Of a DNA stretch of 35,386 bases, positions 7,759 through 16,689 are shown piece by piece. Position 1 is the stretch's first letter. Every line of letters starts with the position of its first letter. Below the pieces are notes generated by a model that saw only the letters and a program-made list of their open reading frames with translations, had not been told where the DNA came from and searched no databases. The stretch lies in the IMG/VR virus record IMGVR_UViG_3300021964_000224, positions 1 through 35,386 of that record. One strand, written 5' to 3'. Source of the stretch: a virus (taxonomy: Duplodnaviria; Caudoviricetes). Both the position numbers and the translations under genes were made by a program.

Positions 7759-8505
7759 ATGACCGAACTCACTCTCGACACCTACACACCGACACGCCGC
7801 GAACTCAAACAACGACCACTCGACTTCTACGTCCGACCCGACTCCAGCGACATCAAAGCAATCCAAGAAGTCGTCGACGGCAACGGCTACCAACGGCCAC
7901 GCCTCGGCTTCACATTCGAACCCGCCGACCGATGGCTAGACGGCGGCGCGAACGTCGGCGCGTTCTCCGTCTGGGCAGCATGGCACAACGTCGAACACAT
8001 CACCACCGTCGAACCCGACCTCGACCACATCCACATCACCGACCTCAACCTCACACGCAACGGCTACACCACCAACCTCGTACACGGCGCGCTCGTCCCC
8101 AACGACTACACCGACAACCACGTCACACTCCACACCTGCGACAACCCGAAGAAAGCATGGAGACACTCCATCATGTGGGAACGCCGAGACAGCCACCCAG
8201 TCCAAGTACCCGCCCACCGCATCAACACCGTCATCAACGACAACAACATCAACGCAGTCAAACTCGACATCGAAGGCGCAGAAATACCAATGCTGTGCTC
8301 CGACACGTTCCCACACCACCAACTCAACAAACTCGTATTCGAATGGTCATTCGACGTCGAGCGACGCATGTCCGTACTCCGCGGCGTCCTCGACACCATC
8401 TACGACCAATACCCCAACGTCAAACTCTCCAAGAACAACCTGCCGTGGCACCTACCGACCTACGACTTCTTCCCGCCACAAGTACTCGTGTACGCATGGA
8501 AGTAG
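7759..8505 (+). CDS. FkbM-family SAM-dependent methyltransferase
   Basis: WLDGGANVGAFS (SAM motif I), VEPD, and VKLDIEGAE. Confidence 0.85.
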   Translation: MTELTLDTYTPTRRELKQRPLDFYVRPDSSDIKAIQEVVDGNGYQRPRLGFTFEPADRWLDGGANVGAFSVWAAWHNVEHITTVEPDLDHIHITDLNLTRNGYTTNLVHGALVPNDYTDNHVTLHTCDNPKKAWRHSIMWERRDSHPVQVPAHRINTVINDNNINAVKLDIEGAEIPMLCSDTFPHHQLNKLVFEWSFDVERRMSVLRGVLDTIYDQYPNVKLSKNNLPWHLPTYDFFPPQVLVYAWK

Positions 8506-8571
8506 AACACGCCGCGACCTGATCGCCTACACTCACAGGAAACACGGCAGGAAACCAGAAGGGCAGGACAC

Positions 8572-9045
8572 ATGGCGCGACGCAAAGTCGACCCGGAACT
8601 CTCCGAGAAGCAACGCCGCGCGGTGGAACTCCGCAAGGCAGGATTGTCGTACGATCGTGTCGCCGAGTTGGCTGGGTACTCGAATCGGTCGGGTGCGTGG
8701 AAAGCCGTGAAGGCGGTGCTCGAACGGAACGAAACTGATTCGGCTACCGAGATGCGTGTGCTCATGGCGGAGCGGCTCGACACGTTGTTTGAGCGGGCGT
8801 ACCGCGCGGTGCTGGAAGGCGACCTGTCGCAGATCAAGAACTGTATTGCGATTGAGAAGCGGCGGGCTGACCTGTTCGGGTTGGACACGCCGAAGCAGGT
8901 GGAGGTCGCCGGTCCGGGCGGCGGCGCGATCCAGACGGACGTCGGGTCGCTGTTGTACGAACGTATCCGTGCCCTGTCGGACGCCGGTGAGATTCCGAAC
9001 GTGATCGACGTGGAGGAGGCCGAAACCGATGAGGTCGATCGCTGA
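8572..9045 (+). CDS. terS: Terminase small subunit (HTH)
   Basis: AVELRKAGLSYDRVAELAGY HTH, RRADLFGLDTPKQVEVAGPGGGAI tail, directly upstream of terL. Confidence 0.8.
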   Translation: MARRKVDPELSEKQRRAVELRKAGLSYDRVAELAGYSNRSGAWKAVKAVLERNETDSATEMRVLMAERLDTLFERAYRAVLEGDLSQIKNCIAIEKRRADLFGLDTPKQVEVAGPGGGAIQTDVGSLLYERIRALSDAGEIPNVIDVEEAETDEVDR

Positions 9046-10354
9046 ACAGTTAGCGACGCTTGACCGCGACAGTTTGGACAAAGTGTTCGCCGGGTTCTCG
9101 CCGTCCGAGCAGCAAGCACTCATGTACGAGTGGTCGCTGTGGCGGCGACCGAAGCAGGCAACACCGGACGGACTGTGGCGCGTCTGGCTGATTCTCGCGG
9201 GTCGCGGGTTCGGCAAGACCCGCACCGGAGCAGAGTTCATTCGTGAGCAGGTCGAGTCCGGGCGTGCCGGGCGTATCGCGCTCGTCGGTGCGACCGCCGC
9301 GGATGTGCGCGACACGATGATCGAAGGTGCGTCCGGGTTGCTGTCGGTGTTCCCACCTGACCGTCGTCCGTCGTACGAGCCGTCGAAGCGGCGCGTCACG
9401 TTCTCGAACGGCGCGACAGCGGTCGCCTACTCGGCGGACAAGCCTGACCGGTTGCGTGGACCGAACCATGATCTTGCATGGGCGGACGAGTTGGCTGCGT
9501 GGCGCTACATGGATGCGTGGGATCAGTTGATGCTCGGTCTCCGCCTCGGCGACCAGCCGCGTGTCGTCGTCACGACGACACCGCGACCGATACCGATCGT
9601 GCGTCGGCTCGCCGCGGACGACACCGGCAAGGTGCATCTCACGACCGGCTCGACATACGAGAACGCGGCGAACCTGTCACCCGAGTTCATCGACGAGATG
9701 CGTCGCCGCTACGAAGGCACCCGCCTCGGACGGCAGGAGTTGGAAGCACAGATCATCGACGACGTCGACGGTGCCCTGTGGGAACGCGCGAACATTGACG
9801 AGCATCGCAGCCATCAGCCGCCACCGTTACGGCGCGTCGTTGTCGCTATCGACCCGGCGGTGACCGCCGGTGAGGACTCCGCTGAGACCGGCATCGTCGT
9901 CGCCGGTGTCGACTCGGCGGGTCGCGGCTACGTTCTCGATGATCGGAGTCTGCGCGCGTCGCCGGGCGACTGGGCGGCTGCGGCGGTCGCCGCCTACCAC
10001 ACTCATAAGGCCGACGTCATCGTCGCCGAAGCGAACCAAGGCGGAGACCTCGTGTCGACGTTGATCCGCACCGTTGACGACCGTGTGCCTGTCCGTATGG
10101 TGCGAGCGTCGCGCGGCAAGCGGACACGCGCGGAACCGGTCGCCGCGCTGTACGAGCAAGGCAAGGTGCATCACGTCGGGTTCTTGACGGCGCTGGAAGA
10201 TCAACTGTGTTCGTGGGTGCCGGACATCGGCGATTCGCCGGACAGGCTCGACGCGCTGGTGTGGGCGTTAACGGAGTTGATGATCGACGGCGCGCGGGCG
10301 GCTCCGGTGGTGGCTCCGGCGTCGCTGACCCAGTCCTCACCATGGCGACTCTAA
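9029..10354 (+). CDS. terL: Terminase large subunit
   Basis: Walker A AGRGFGKT, LRGP, Walker B AWADE, TTTPRP, RQEL, nuclease IDPA...E.NQGG, and SPDRLDALVWA. Confidence 0.95.
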   Translation: MRSIAEQLATLDRDSLDKVFAGFSPSEQQALMYEWSLWRRPKQATPDGLWRVWLILAGRGFGKTRTGAEFIREQVESGRAGRIALVGATAADVRDTMIEGASGLLSVFPPDRRPSYEPSKRRVTFSNGATAVAYSADKPDRLRGPNHDLAWADELAAWRYMDAWDQLMLGLRLGDQPRVVVTTTPRPIPIVRRLAADDTGKVHLTTGSTYENAANLSPEFIDEMRRRYEGTRLGRQELEAQIIDDVDGALWERANIDEHRSHQPPPLRRVVVAIDPAVTAGEDSAETGIVVAGVDSAGRGYVLDDRSLRASPGDWAAAAVAAYHTHKADVIVAEANQGGDLVSTLIRTVDDRVPVRMVRASRGKRTRAEPVAALYEQGKVHHVGFLTALEDQLCSWVPDIGDSPDRLDALVWALTELMIDGARAAPVVAPASLTQSSPWRL

Positions 10355-10421
10355 CCGCTAATCGAAATATTTCGCATTAGGGTTGCGCGTGGTGGTGTTC
10401 ATCAGTAATACTTCTTGTATG
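10354..10421 (+). promoter_or_regulatory. Conserved cassette promoter element, copy 2 (leaderless form)
   Basis: accgctaatcgaaatatttcgcattagggTTGCGC-18bp-AATACT (10407-10412)-6 nt-ATG 10419. Confidence 0.85.
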
Positions 10422-10757
10422 AGCAGCACAGCAACCACCACCAACAAGACCATCACCGTCGCCGGTCGCACCTACGAGCAGCGCAAGATGAGCGAACTGG
10501 TCGCAGGCGACGTCGTCCTCGTCGGCTACGACATGGGCGTGAACCTCTACACCGGCAAGTCGATGAACTTCCTGCCGATGAAGCACCAGATGAACAACTC
10601 GGCGACCCGCGCAGACCACAGCGTTCGTCGGCACAGCGTGGACGTCGCCCGCATCAGCGAGCGGATCATTGGTGTCACGCCGCTGAGCAGCAAGAACATC
10701 TGCGCGAAGGGCTACAAGTTCGGTCGCAACGATCGCATCTGGGTGGAGGTGAAGTGA
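10419..10757 (+). CDS. Hypothetical protein (cassette 2)
   Basis: Starts MSSTATTT at the predicted +1 and ends EVK in the junction motif. Confidence 0.75.
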   Translation: MSSTATTTNKTITVAGRTYEQRKMSELVAGDVVLVGYDMGVNLYTGKSMNFLPMKHQMNNSATRADHSVRRHSVDVARISERIIGVTPLSSKNICAKGYKFGRNDRIWVEVK

Positions 10758-10957
10758 TGAGCGCCGCAACCACCAACACCTTCAACCCGACCCGTGGTCT
10801 CCGCGTCCGCGACATCGAGAACGGCAGCGAGTGGGTCGTCACCAACAAGCGCGGCGACATCATCTGGCTCACGCCCACCCACAAATACGGCAAAGTCCGC
10901 GGTGGCGCGAGCGCCCTGCACCGTAAGTTCTGGGGTCGTTTGGAGGTCGCGGTATGA
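10757..10957 (+). CDS. Hypothetical protein (cassette 2)
   Basis: GGAGGTGAAGTGATG junction, starting MSAATTNT. Confidence 0.75.
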   Translation: MSAATTNTFNPTRGLRVRDIENGSEWVVTNKRGDIIWLTPTHKYGKVRGGASALHRKFWGRLEVAV

Positions 10958-11331
10958 GCAACACAGCAACCGCGACACACCGCGTCAAAGGAACGAACAG
11001 CGACGCGACGACGTGCGCGTGCTGCGGCCGCGATGACCTGACGCGCGTCGTCTGGCTCGCACCGCTCGACACCGACGACAACGAAGGCACCGCCGAACCG
11101 TACGGCTCGACGTGCGCCGCCCGGCTGATCGCACCCGGTGCTACCCGCGGCGTCGCCAGCCAACTCGTCAACATCTCGCGCGCTATCACATACATCCAGA
11201 AGTGGACAGCGCGCGGCTACGACCACAGCGATATCTGCTCGGAGGTCGGTGTCCGCTTCAACGTGTGGGCGACCGACGAAGGCACGCACATCTCAATCAA
11301 CACACCCACCGGTTGGACGGAGGTCAACTGA
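10954..11331 (+). CDS. Hypothetical protein with CACCGR...YGSTCA zinc-like motif (cassette 2)
   Basis: GGAGG SD and ATGA overlap. Confidence 0.75.
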   Translation: MSNTATATHRVKGTNSDATTCACCGRDDLTRVVWLAPLDTDDNEGTAEPYGSTCAARLIAPGATRGVASQLVNISRAITYIQKWTARGYDHSDICSEVGVRFNVWATDEGTHISINTPTGWTEVN

Positions 11332-11594
11332 TGAACACCACAGCAACACACACACCTGAGATCACCCGGTTCGAGGTCGGCAAGACCTACGAGTGCCGGA
11401 GCATCTGCGACTGGCAATGCGTCTGGGCGTTCACCGTCACCAAGCGCACAGCGAAGTTCATCACCGTCGTCAACGAGCGCGGCGAGGAGTCGCGGGTCGG
11501 CGTGTCGATCTTCCTCGACGAGGAGCGCGCGAAGCCGATGGGACGATTCGCTTACGCGCCGATCATCATGGCAGGCAGGGAGACCGTCCGATGA
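11331..11594 (+). CDS. Hypothetical protein (cassette 2)
   Basis: GGAGG SD and TGATG overlap. FEVGKTYECRSICD...FTVTKRTAKFITV. Confidence 0.75.
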   Translation: MNTTATHTPEITRFEVGKTYECRSICDWQCVWAFTVTKRTAKFITVVNERGEESRVGVSIFLDEERAKPMGRFAYAPIIMAGRETVR

Positions 11595-11761
11595 GCGCGC
11601 ACACGATGAGCGAGGTGTATTGCGACATCTGCCAAGAAGGTGAAAGCGAGTGGCACCTGAGCGTGAGCCAGTTGCGCGCCCAGTTGAAGGAGCAAGGCTG
11701 GAAGCGCCGCAACGGTGAGGACATCTGCTCGCGCTGCATCGAGCGAGGAGCGACACGATGA
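11591..11761 (+). CDS. Small zinc-finger-like protein (cassette 2)
   Basis: ATGA overlap. CDIC...GW......DICSRC. Confidence 0.7.
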   Translation: MSAHTMSEVYCDICQEGESEWHLSVSQLRAQLKEQGWKRRNGEDICSRCIERGATR

Positions 11762-12135
11762 ACGCCGTACCGCTACCGGTCGACTGGCGCGAGTTCTTCA
11801 CCGAGTACCTCGCCGAGTTCCGCGACCTGCTCGAACAGCGCACCCGGCGCTCCATACCCGGCCTATCACCGAACATGTGGACACCCGACGTGCTCGACGT
11901 GTTCGTGTTTCCGTTCGGCATGGTGGAAGTGTCGACCGGTGTCTGGGACGCGCTCGGCGAACGACCCCGGCGCGCGAAGCGCGGTGTCGGCATCACCGTA
12001 CGGCTCGGCACACCCGACGAGCACCGACTAGCGGACGGACTGTCGCAACTCGTGTCCGACGACGACGCCACTATCACCGACGTACGGCGCGTGTTCGACA
12101 ACATCGTCGCCGAGGCAACGCGCCGCCACGGATGA
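11758..12135 (+). CDS. Hypothetical protein (cassette 2)
   Basis: GAGGAG SD and ATGA overlap. Confidence 0.75.
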   Translation: MNAVPLPVDWREFFTEYLAEFRDLLEQRTRRSIPGLSPNMWTPDVLDVFVFPFGMVEVSTGVWDALGERPRRAKRGVGITVRLGTPDEHRLADGLSQLVSDDDATITDVRRVFDNIVAEATRRHG

Positions 12136-12254
12136 AACGCCGCCGCTGGAGCGACGCCGACCGTCAACGGTTCCGCGACCGTGACCGTCTGCGCGCACAG
12201 CGGATACCGAAGAAGCGACGACCGCCACCGGACTTCGATGAGTGGCGGCGCTGA
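12132..12254 (+). CDS. Small basic hypothetical protein (40 aa)
   Basis: ATGA overlap, MKRRRWSDADRQRFRDRD. Confidence 0.5.
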   Translation: MKRRRWSDADRQRFRDRDRLRAQRIPKKRRPPPDFDEWRR

Positions 12255-12288
12255 CGGACTGACCGACCCGCGTTGTACGCTCGGCGCT

Positions 12289-12414
12289 GTGACCAGCCCG
12301 ACGGACTGCTCGATCCAATGCGGCTACTGCGGCGGACGGATGAGACAGGAACACGCCCACTACCGGTGCGTCGAGTGCGGTCGCCGCGATGCCTGCTGCG
12401 AAGGCGTGTACTGA
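12289..12414 (+). CDS. Small zinc-ribbon protein (41 aa)
   Basis: CGYCGG....EHAHYRCVECG.RDACCEG. GTG lies 7 nt after TACGCT (12276-12281). Confidence 0.6.
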   Translation: MTSPTDCSIQCGYCGGRMRQEHAHYRCVECGRRDACCEGVY

Positions 12415-12626
12415 TGGCGCTCGGCTCGCAAGGCGAGATCGGTGTCGAGTTCCGCACCGGCACGACTGACATTCACTACCCGTGGATCGTCGACGGTGAA
12501 CAGCGGCACCTGATGTACGGCGACTCGGTCATCGGGTTCGTGCTCGGCCGACCCGACAACGTGTATCCGCCTGACGGCGACTTCGTGTGGGCACGTGTGC
12601 GAAGCGACAGCCAAGACACCGACTAA
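12414..12626 (+). CDS. Hypothetical protein (70 aa)
   Basis: TGATG overlap with the upstream gene, starting MALGSQGE. Confidence 0.55.
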   Translation: MALGSQGEIGVEFRTGTTDIHYPWIVDGEQRHLMYGDSVIGFVLGRPDNVYPPDGDFVWARVRSDSQDTD

Positions 12627-12645
12627 TGCGATACAGTCTCCGACT

Positions 12646-13971
12646 GTGGAGCCTGCTGACCTTGACGCCGTAACGAAGGCGCGCCCGACCGCGACCGACT
12701 TCATGGAGGTCGGATCGAGCGGCCTGCACCAGTACGGCGGCGAGATCAGGCAGGACTTCCTGCGCCAACTCCAAGGCAAGCAGGCGTACGCGAACTTCCG
12801 GGAGATGGCAGACAACGATCCGGTCGTCGGCGCGATGCTGCACGCGATCGAAATGCTGATCCGTGGCGTCGATTGGACGGTCGAGCCGTCCGACGCGGAC
12901 GATGAGCGCGCGATCGCCGAAGCCGAGTTCGTGTCGACTTGCCTCGGCGACATGTCGCACTCGTGGGCGGACACGCTGTCGTCAATGCTCGGGTTCCTCG
13001 TCTATGGATACTCGTACCATGAGGTCGTCTACAAGCGGCGTCAGGGCTACACGAAAGACCCGCGCACCCGCTCGAAGTTCACCGACGGACGTATCGGGTG
13101 GCGCAAGTTGCCGACACGGTCGCAGGAAACGATCGAGCGGTGGGAACTCGACGACACCGGCGGCATCCGCGGCGCGTATCAGAACGACCCGAACGCCAAA
13201 GGCAAAGGCGTCGTGTTCATCCCGATCGAGAAGGCGTTGCTGTTCCGCACCACGACGAAGATGAACAACCCGCAGGGTCGCTCGATTCTGCGTAATGCGT
13301 TCGTGCCGTGGTACTACAAACGCCGTATCCAAGAGATCGAAGCGATCGGCATTGAACGTGACCTCGCAGGTCTGCCGGTCGCGTTGGTGCCACCACAGAT
13401 GCTGTCGGACGCGGCGACGCCGGGTGAACGTGCCGCGCTCGACGCGATCAAACAGATCGTCCGCAACATCAAACGCGACGAGCAAGAAGGCGTCGTGTTC
13501 CCGCTCGCCTACGACCCGGAGACCGGACAGAAAGCGTTCGACCTCACGTTGCTGTCGACCGGTGGGCGACGCCAGTTCGACACCGACGCGATCATCGCCC
13601 GTTACGACCAGCGCATCGCGATGACGGTGCTCGCCGACTTCCTGTTGCTCGGCCACGAGAAAGTCGGCACTCAGGCGTTGTCGGTGTCGAAGATCGACCT
13701 GTTCATCCGTGCGATCGACTCGTACCTGTCGGAGATCACCGAGGTGTTCAACACGCACGCGATACCGCGCCTCATGCGGATCAACGGTGTCGACGAGTCG
13801 CTGTCGCCGTACCTGTCGGCGCAGACACCACGCAACGTCGACCTCGGCCAGATCGGTTCGTTCATCACGTCGATGGCGCAGGCCGGTGCGCCGCTGTTCC
13901 CCGACGAAACTCTCGAAGGTCATCTGCGCGGGCTGGCAGGGTTGCCGAGGACAGAGGCCGAGGAGGTCTGA
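12646..13971 (+). CDS. Portal protein (Mu gp29/DUF935-like)
   Basis: EVGSSGL, EM..ND..VGA.L, YG.S.HE.VYK, NP.GRSILRNA..PW..K, AIGIERDLAGLP, I.RYD.RIA..VLADF. Start placed at GTG 12646 after TACAGT (12632-12637); the exact start is uncertain. Confidence 0.9.
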   Translation: MEPADLDAVTKARPTATDFMEVGSSGLHQYGGEIRQDFLRQLQGKQAYANFREMADNDPVVGAMLHAIEMLIRGVDWTVEPSDADDERAIAEAEFVSTCLGDMSHSWADTLSSMLGFLVYGYSYHEVVYKRRQGYTKDPRTRSKFTDGRIGWRKLPTRSQETIERWELDDTGGIRGAYQNDPNAKGKGVVFIPIEKALLFRTTTKMNNPQGRSILRNAFVPWYYKRRIQEIEAIGIERDLAGLPVALVPPQMLSDAATPGERAALDAIKQIVRNIKRDEQEGVVFPLAYDPETGQKAFDLTLLSTGGRRQFDTDAIIARYDQRIAMTVLADFLLLGHEKVGTQALSVSKIDLFIRAIDSYLSEITEVFNTHAIPRLMRINGVDESLSPYLSAQTPRNVDLGQIGSFITSMAQAGAPLFPDETLEGHLRGLAGLPRTEAEEV

Positions 13972-13974
13972 CCG

Positions 13975-15909
13975 GTGCCCGGTTCTGTCCGGGCTATCCG
14001 CCGGACGCTCGACCCGGTGCGAGGCCGCGGCCGTGTGCCGCTCTCCAAGCGTCGCACACCCGGACACCCGGAGTTCCGGCCGACGGACACACCGACGCTG
14101 TCCCGACTAGAGGAACGCATCACCGACTCCATCGTCGACGTCGTTGACAGCATCCCGCATGAGAGCCTGCTAGAAGCCGTTGTGAGCGGCGATGTAGCCG
14201 AGTACGGGCGCGTGGTGCTCGACACGCTCGCCGCGCGTTCTGACGCGATTGAGCGGGCGTTGATGGATGCGTTCGTCGCGTCCGGTGACGCAGCCGCGAT
14301 CGAGATTGGTAACGACCTAGCGCGCGCCTACCGGCGGGTCGGCAAGTCAGTCACGAAAGCAGACGCACCGTTGCCGTCCGACGTTGCGCTCCGCTTCCGG
14401 TTCGACCGTACCGACCCGCGCGCGGTCGACTGGGTACGCCGCGAGTCCGGCGCGATGATCACGAACATGGTGCGCTCCGAACAGGAAGCGATCCGCACGA
14501 TCATCGACGCATCATTCTCGGCGCAGCAAACCGTACAGCAGACCGGTAGCGGTATCTTCGCGCAACTCCGCACCGTCACACCGTCCGCCGGGGCGCGCGA
14601 GTTCGCTGACACGCTCGGCTCGAACCTGAACGGGTTGACCGCACGGTACGAACAGGCAGTCATCAACCGTGTCCAGTCGCTCGGCGATGATCTCGCGGCG
14701 CGCGGTGTGACCGGCACGAAAGCGCTCGACCAGATGCGGAAGGAAGGCGACCGGTACGCGGAACGTCTGCGCCGTGCCCGCTCGAAGACGATCGCACGCA
14801 CCGAACGTATGCGCGCCCACAATCAGGCACGGCTGCTGTCGTTCCAGCAAGCGGTCGACTCGGGTATCGCCTCGGCCGAGTACTCACGGAAGCAATGGAA
14901 GACCGGTCCGTTCGATGTGTGCCCGGTCTGCGTCGCGATGCAAGGCGCAGAGTCGAAAGTGAACGAGGCGTTCACGTTGCCGAACGGCAGTCAGGTCGAA
15001 GCACCACCGGCGCATCCGAACTGCCGATGCACGATGACAATGCGGACAGACACCCGGCTGTACGACCCGCCACAGAACCTCGGCACGGGCACACCGGGCG
15101 ATCCGTTCCGTACGACACCGCGTGACTTCTCGGACGCAGGTCGACGTGCCGCCGCACAGGGTTTGCCGACCCCACCCACACCTGCCGCGCCGACATCGAC
15201 CTCGCCTGCCCAACAGCCGCAGTCGATGACGTTCAGCGACCAAGGCATGACGAAGGACGACGCCGCGCGCTGGTTGTCGGACAACGTGTCGCAGGCGTCG
15301 ATGACACCGGACCAACAGATGTTGCAAGCGTGGTATCGAGGCGGAGGGTATGGCGACATCAACCGCACACTTCGCGGACGATGGGGTCAGTACAACGATC
15401 CGAACCGACCGCTGTTTCGTGCGGGTACAGGGCATGAGGAGAAGAAACCGCTGATGCGATGGCTGCGGTCGCAAGTGGATGAGGCGGATGAGATATTCGA
15501 GGTCGACGGTGCGTACGTTCGCACGACTCGCGACTCGAAGTTGACCACAGCGCAGTTAGTGACTGATCGCCTCGACGATCTTGACGCGTTGGCGTCGTCG
15601 ACCATGCAGCGAGACGTCACGTTGTTCCGCGGGTTGAAAGGCGACCTTGGTGACCTGTCTCCGGGTGACTTGATCCGGGACGAGGGGTTTATGTCGACGA
15701 CCCTCGTGCGGAATGTGGCCGCGAAGTTCGCGAAGGGGCGCGGCGACACGATCCTCCGCATCAACGCGCGAGCGGGGCAACGGGTTGTCAACATTGGCGG
15801 CAAGTGGGAGTCGGAGTTGGTGCTTCCTCGTGGTACTACCATCCGCATCGTCAACGTCGACCGAACTGGAAAGCAGGTGGTGATAGATGCCGTCATCGAA
15901 GCGACGTGA
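13975..15909 (+). CDS. MuF-like head morphogenesis protein fused to a C-terminal ADP-ribosyltransferase (R-S-E clade)
   Basis: RSKTIARTE...KQW....DVCPVC...PPAHPNCRC (MuF), a Pro/Thr linker, then Y..GY..IN..LRG, LFRG, DEGFMSTT and ESELVLPRGT (ART). GAGGAGG SD. Confidence 0.9.
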   Translation: MPGSVRAIRRTLDPVRGRGRVPLSKRRTPGHPEFRPTDTPTLSRLEERITDSIVDVVDSIPHESLLEAVVSGDVAEYGRVVLDTLAARSDAIERALMDAFVASGDAAAIEIGNDLARAYRRVGKSVTKADAPLPSDVALRFRFDRTDPRAVDWVRRESGAMITNMVRSEQEAIRTIIDASFSAQQTVQQTGSGIFAQLRTVTPSAGAREFADTLGSNLNGLTARYEQAVINRVQSLGDDLAARGVTGTKALDQMRKEGDRYAERLRRARSKTIARTERMRAHNQARLLSFQQAVDSGIASAEYSRKQWKTGPFDVCPVCVAMQGAESKVNEAFTLPNGSQVEAPPAHPNCRCTMTMRTDTRLYDPPQNLGTGTPGDPFRTTPRDFSDAGRRAAAQGLPTPPTPAAPTSTSPAQQPQSMTFSDQGMTKDDAARWLSDNVSQASMTPDQQMLQAWYRGGGYGDINRTLRGRWGQYNDPNRPLFRAGTGHEEKKPLMRWLRSQVDEADEIFEVDGAYVRTTRDSKLTTAQLVTDRLDDLDALASSTMQRDVTLFRGLKGDLGDLSPGDLIRDEGFMSTTLVRNVAAKFAKGRGDTILRINARAGQRVVNIGGKWESELVLPRGTTIRIVNVDRTGKQVVIDAVIEAT

Positions 15910-16045
15910 CCGATACGTCGACCGTGGACCGGGCGATGACATCGGAGCGCACATCGACGACCTAGTCGTCATCAGAGGCAACAGAGAAGACCAACAGGAG
16001 AACAGCAACGATGGCGATCAACGTCCCGTCCTACGTTCGCGCTAA
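15887..16045 (+). CDS. Possible 52-aa ORF overlapping the ART end
   Basis: ATG 15887 after AGGTGG, MPSSKRRDRYVDRG...VLRSR. Below the ORF-track cut-off, and it overlaps both neighbours. Confidence 0.3.
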   Translation: MPSSKRRDRYVDRGPGDDIGAHIDDLVVIRGNREDQQENSNDGDQRPVLRSR

Positions 16046-16664
16046 CGCTCGGCGCGGTCTCGACCTGCTTGAGTTCGCAGGCGACGGGCTGCGTCCACGC
16101 ACCGTCCGCGAAGCACGCGCGATGGCGCGCGGCGACATGACAGCCGACAAGGTGCGGCGTATGGCGGCGTGGCTGGCACGCCACGAAGTTGATCTACGGT
16201 CGCCACGCGCCGACGCCTACCTCGACGACGAGTCGGAGCGACCCACCGCCGGGCAGGTCGCGTGGCTGTTGTGGGGTGGCGACATCGGCCGAGCGAACCG
16301 TGACCGAGCGAAAGACTGGGCAGACCGCACCCGTGACCGGCTCATCGACGAAGGCGAACTATCGAAAGAAGTGTCGCCGCGGGTACGGCAGGCGCTACAG
16401 ACGAAAGTCGACGAGCACAACGAGCGGTACAGCGCCGACAGCAAACAGGTGACGCTCGCCATGCTGACAGCGGTGTTCGAGCGCGGCGTCGGCGCGTACA
16501 ACACGAACCCTGAGTCGGTGCGGCCGAACGTGACGTCGTCCGACCAATGGGCGTACGCCAGAGTGAACACGTTTCTTCAAGCGGTACGCAACGGCAGGTT
16601 TCCGGGTCGCGCGTTCGACACCGATCTGCTGCCCGAGGGACATCCGCTGTCCACCCGAGACTGA
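16011..16664 (+). CDS. Head-region protein with two small conserved phage domains (C-terminal DUF5824-like)
   Basis: N-terminal NARRGL...RM..W.ARHE...VAWLLWGGD. C-terminal L.AVFERG.GAY...RP....QWA.ARVN.F. AGGAGA SD. Confidence 0.7.
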   Translation: MAINVPSYVRANARRGLDLLEFAGDGLRPRTVREARAMARGDMTADKVRRMAAWLARHEVDLRSPRADAYLDDESERPTAGQVAWLLWGGDIGRANRDRAKDWADRTRDRLIDEGELSKEVSPRVRQALQTKVDEHNERYSADSKQVTLAMLTAVFERGVGAYNTNPESVRPNVTSSDQWAYARVNTFLQAVRNGRFPGRAFDTDLLPEGHPLSTRD

Positions 16665-16689
16665 CCTGAGAGCCGCCCAGACGGCCGCA

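Noticed and set aside
10357-10380. Palindrome ctaatcgaaatatttcgcattag as a Xer/dif or other tyrosine-recombinase site
   Set aside because: It does not fit the 11-6-11 dif layout, the internal palindrome is not kept in copies 3 and 4, and no recombinase is seen. An operator is the simpler reading.
12982-14067. Long antisense and alternate-frame ORFs (e.g. 12982-14067, 11217-12167, 8533-9399, 3028-3780, 7932-8522)
   Set aside because: These are shadow ORFs typical of high-GC DNA. They are Arg/Ser/Pro-rich, have no motifs or SD, and overlap well-supported genes.
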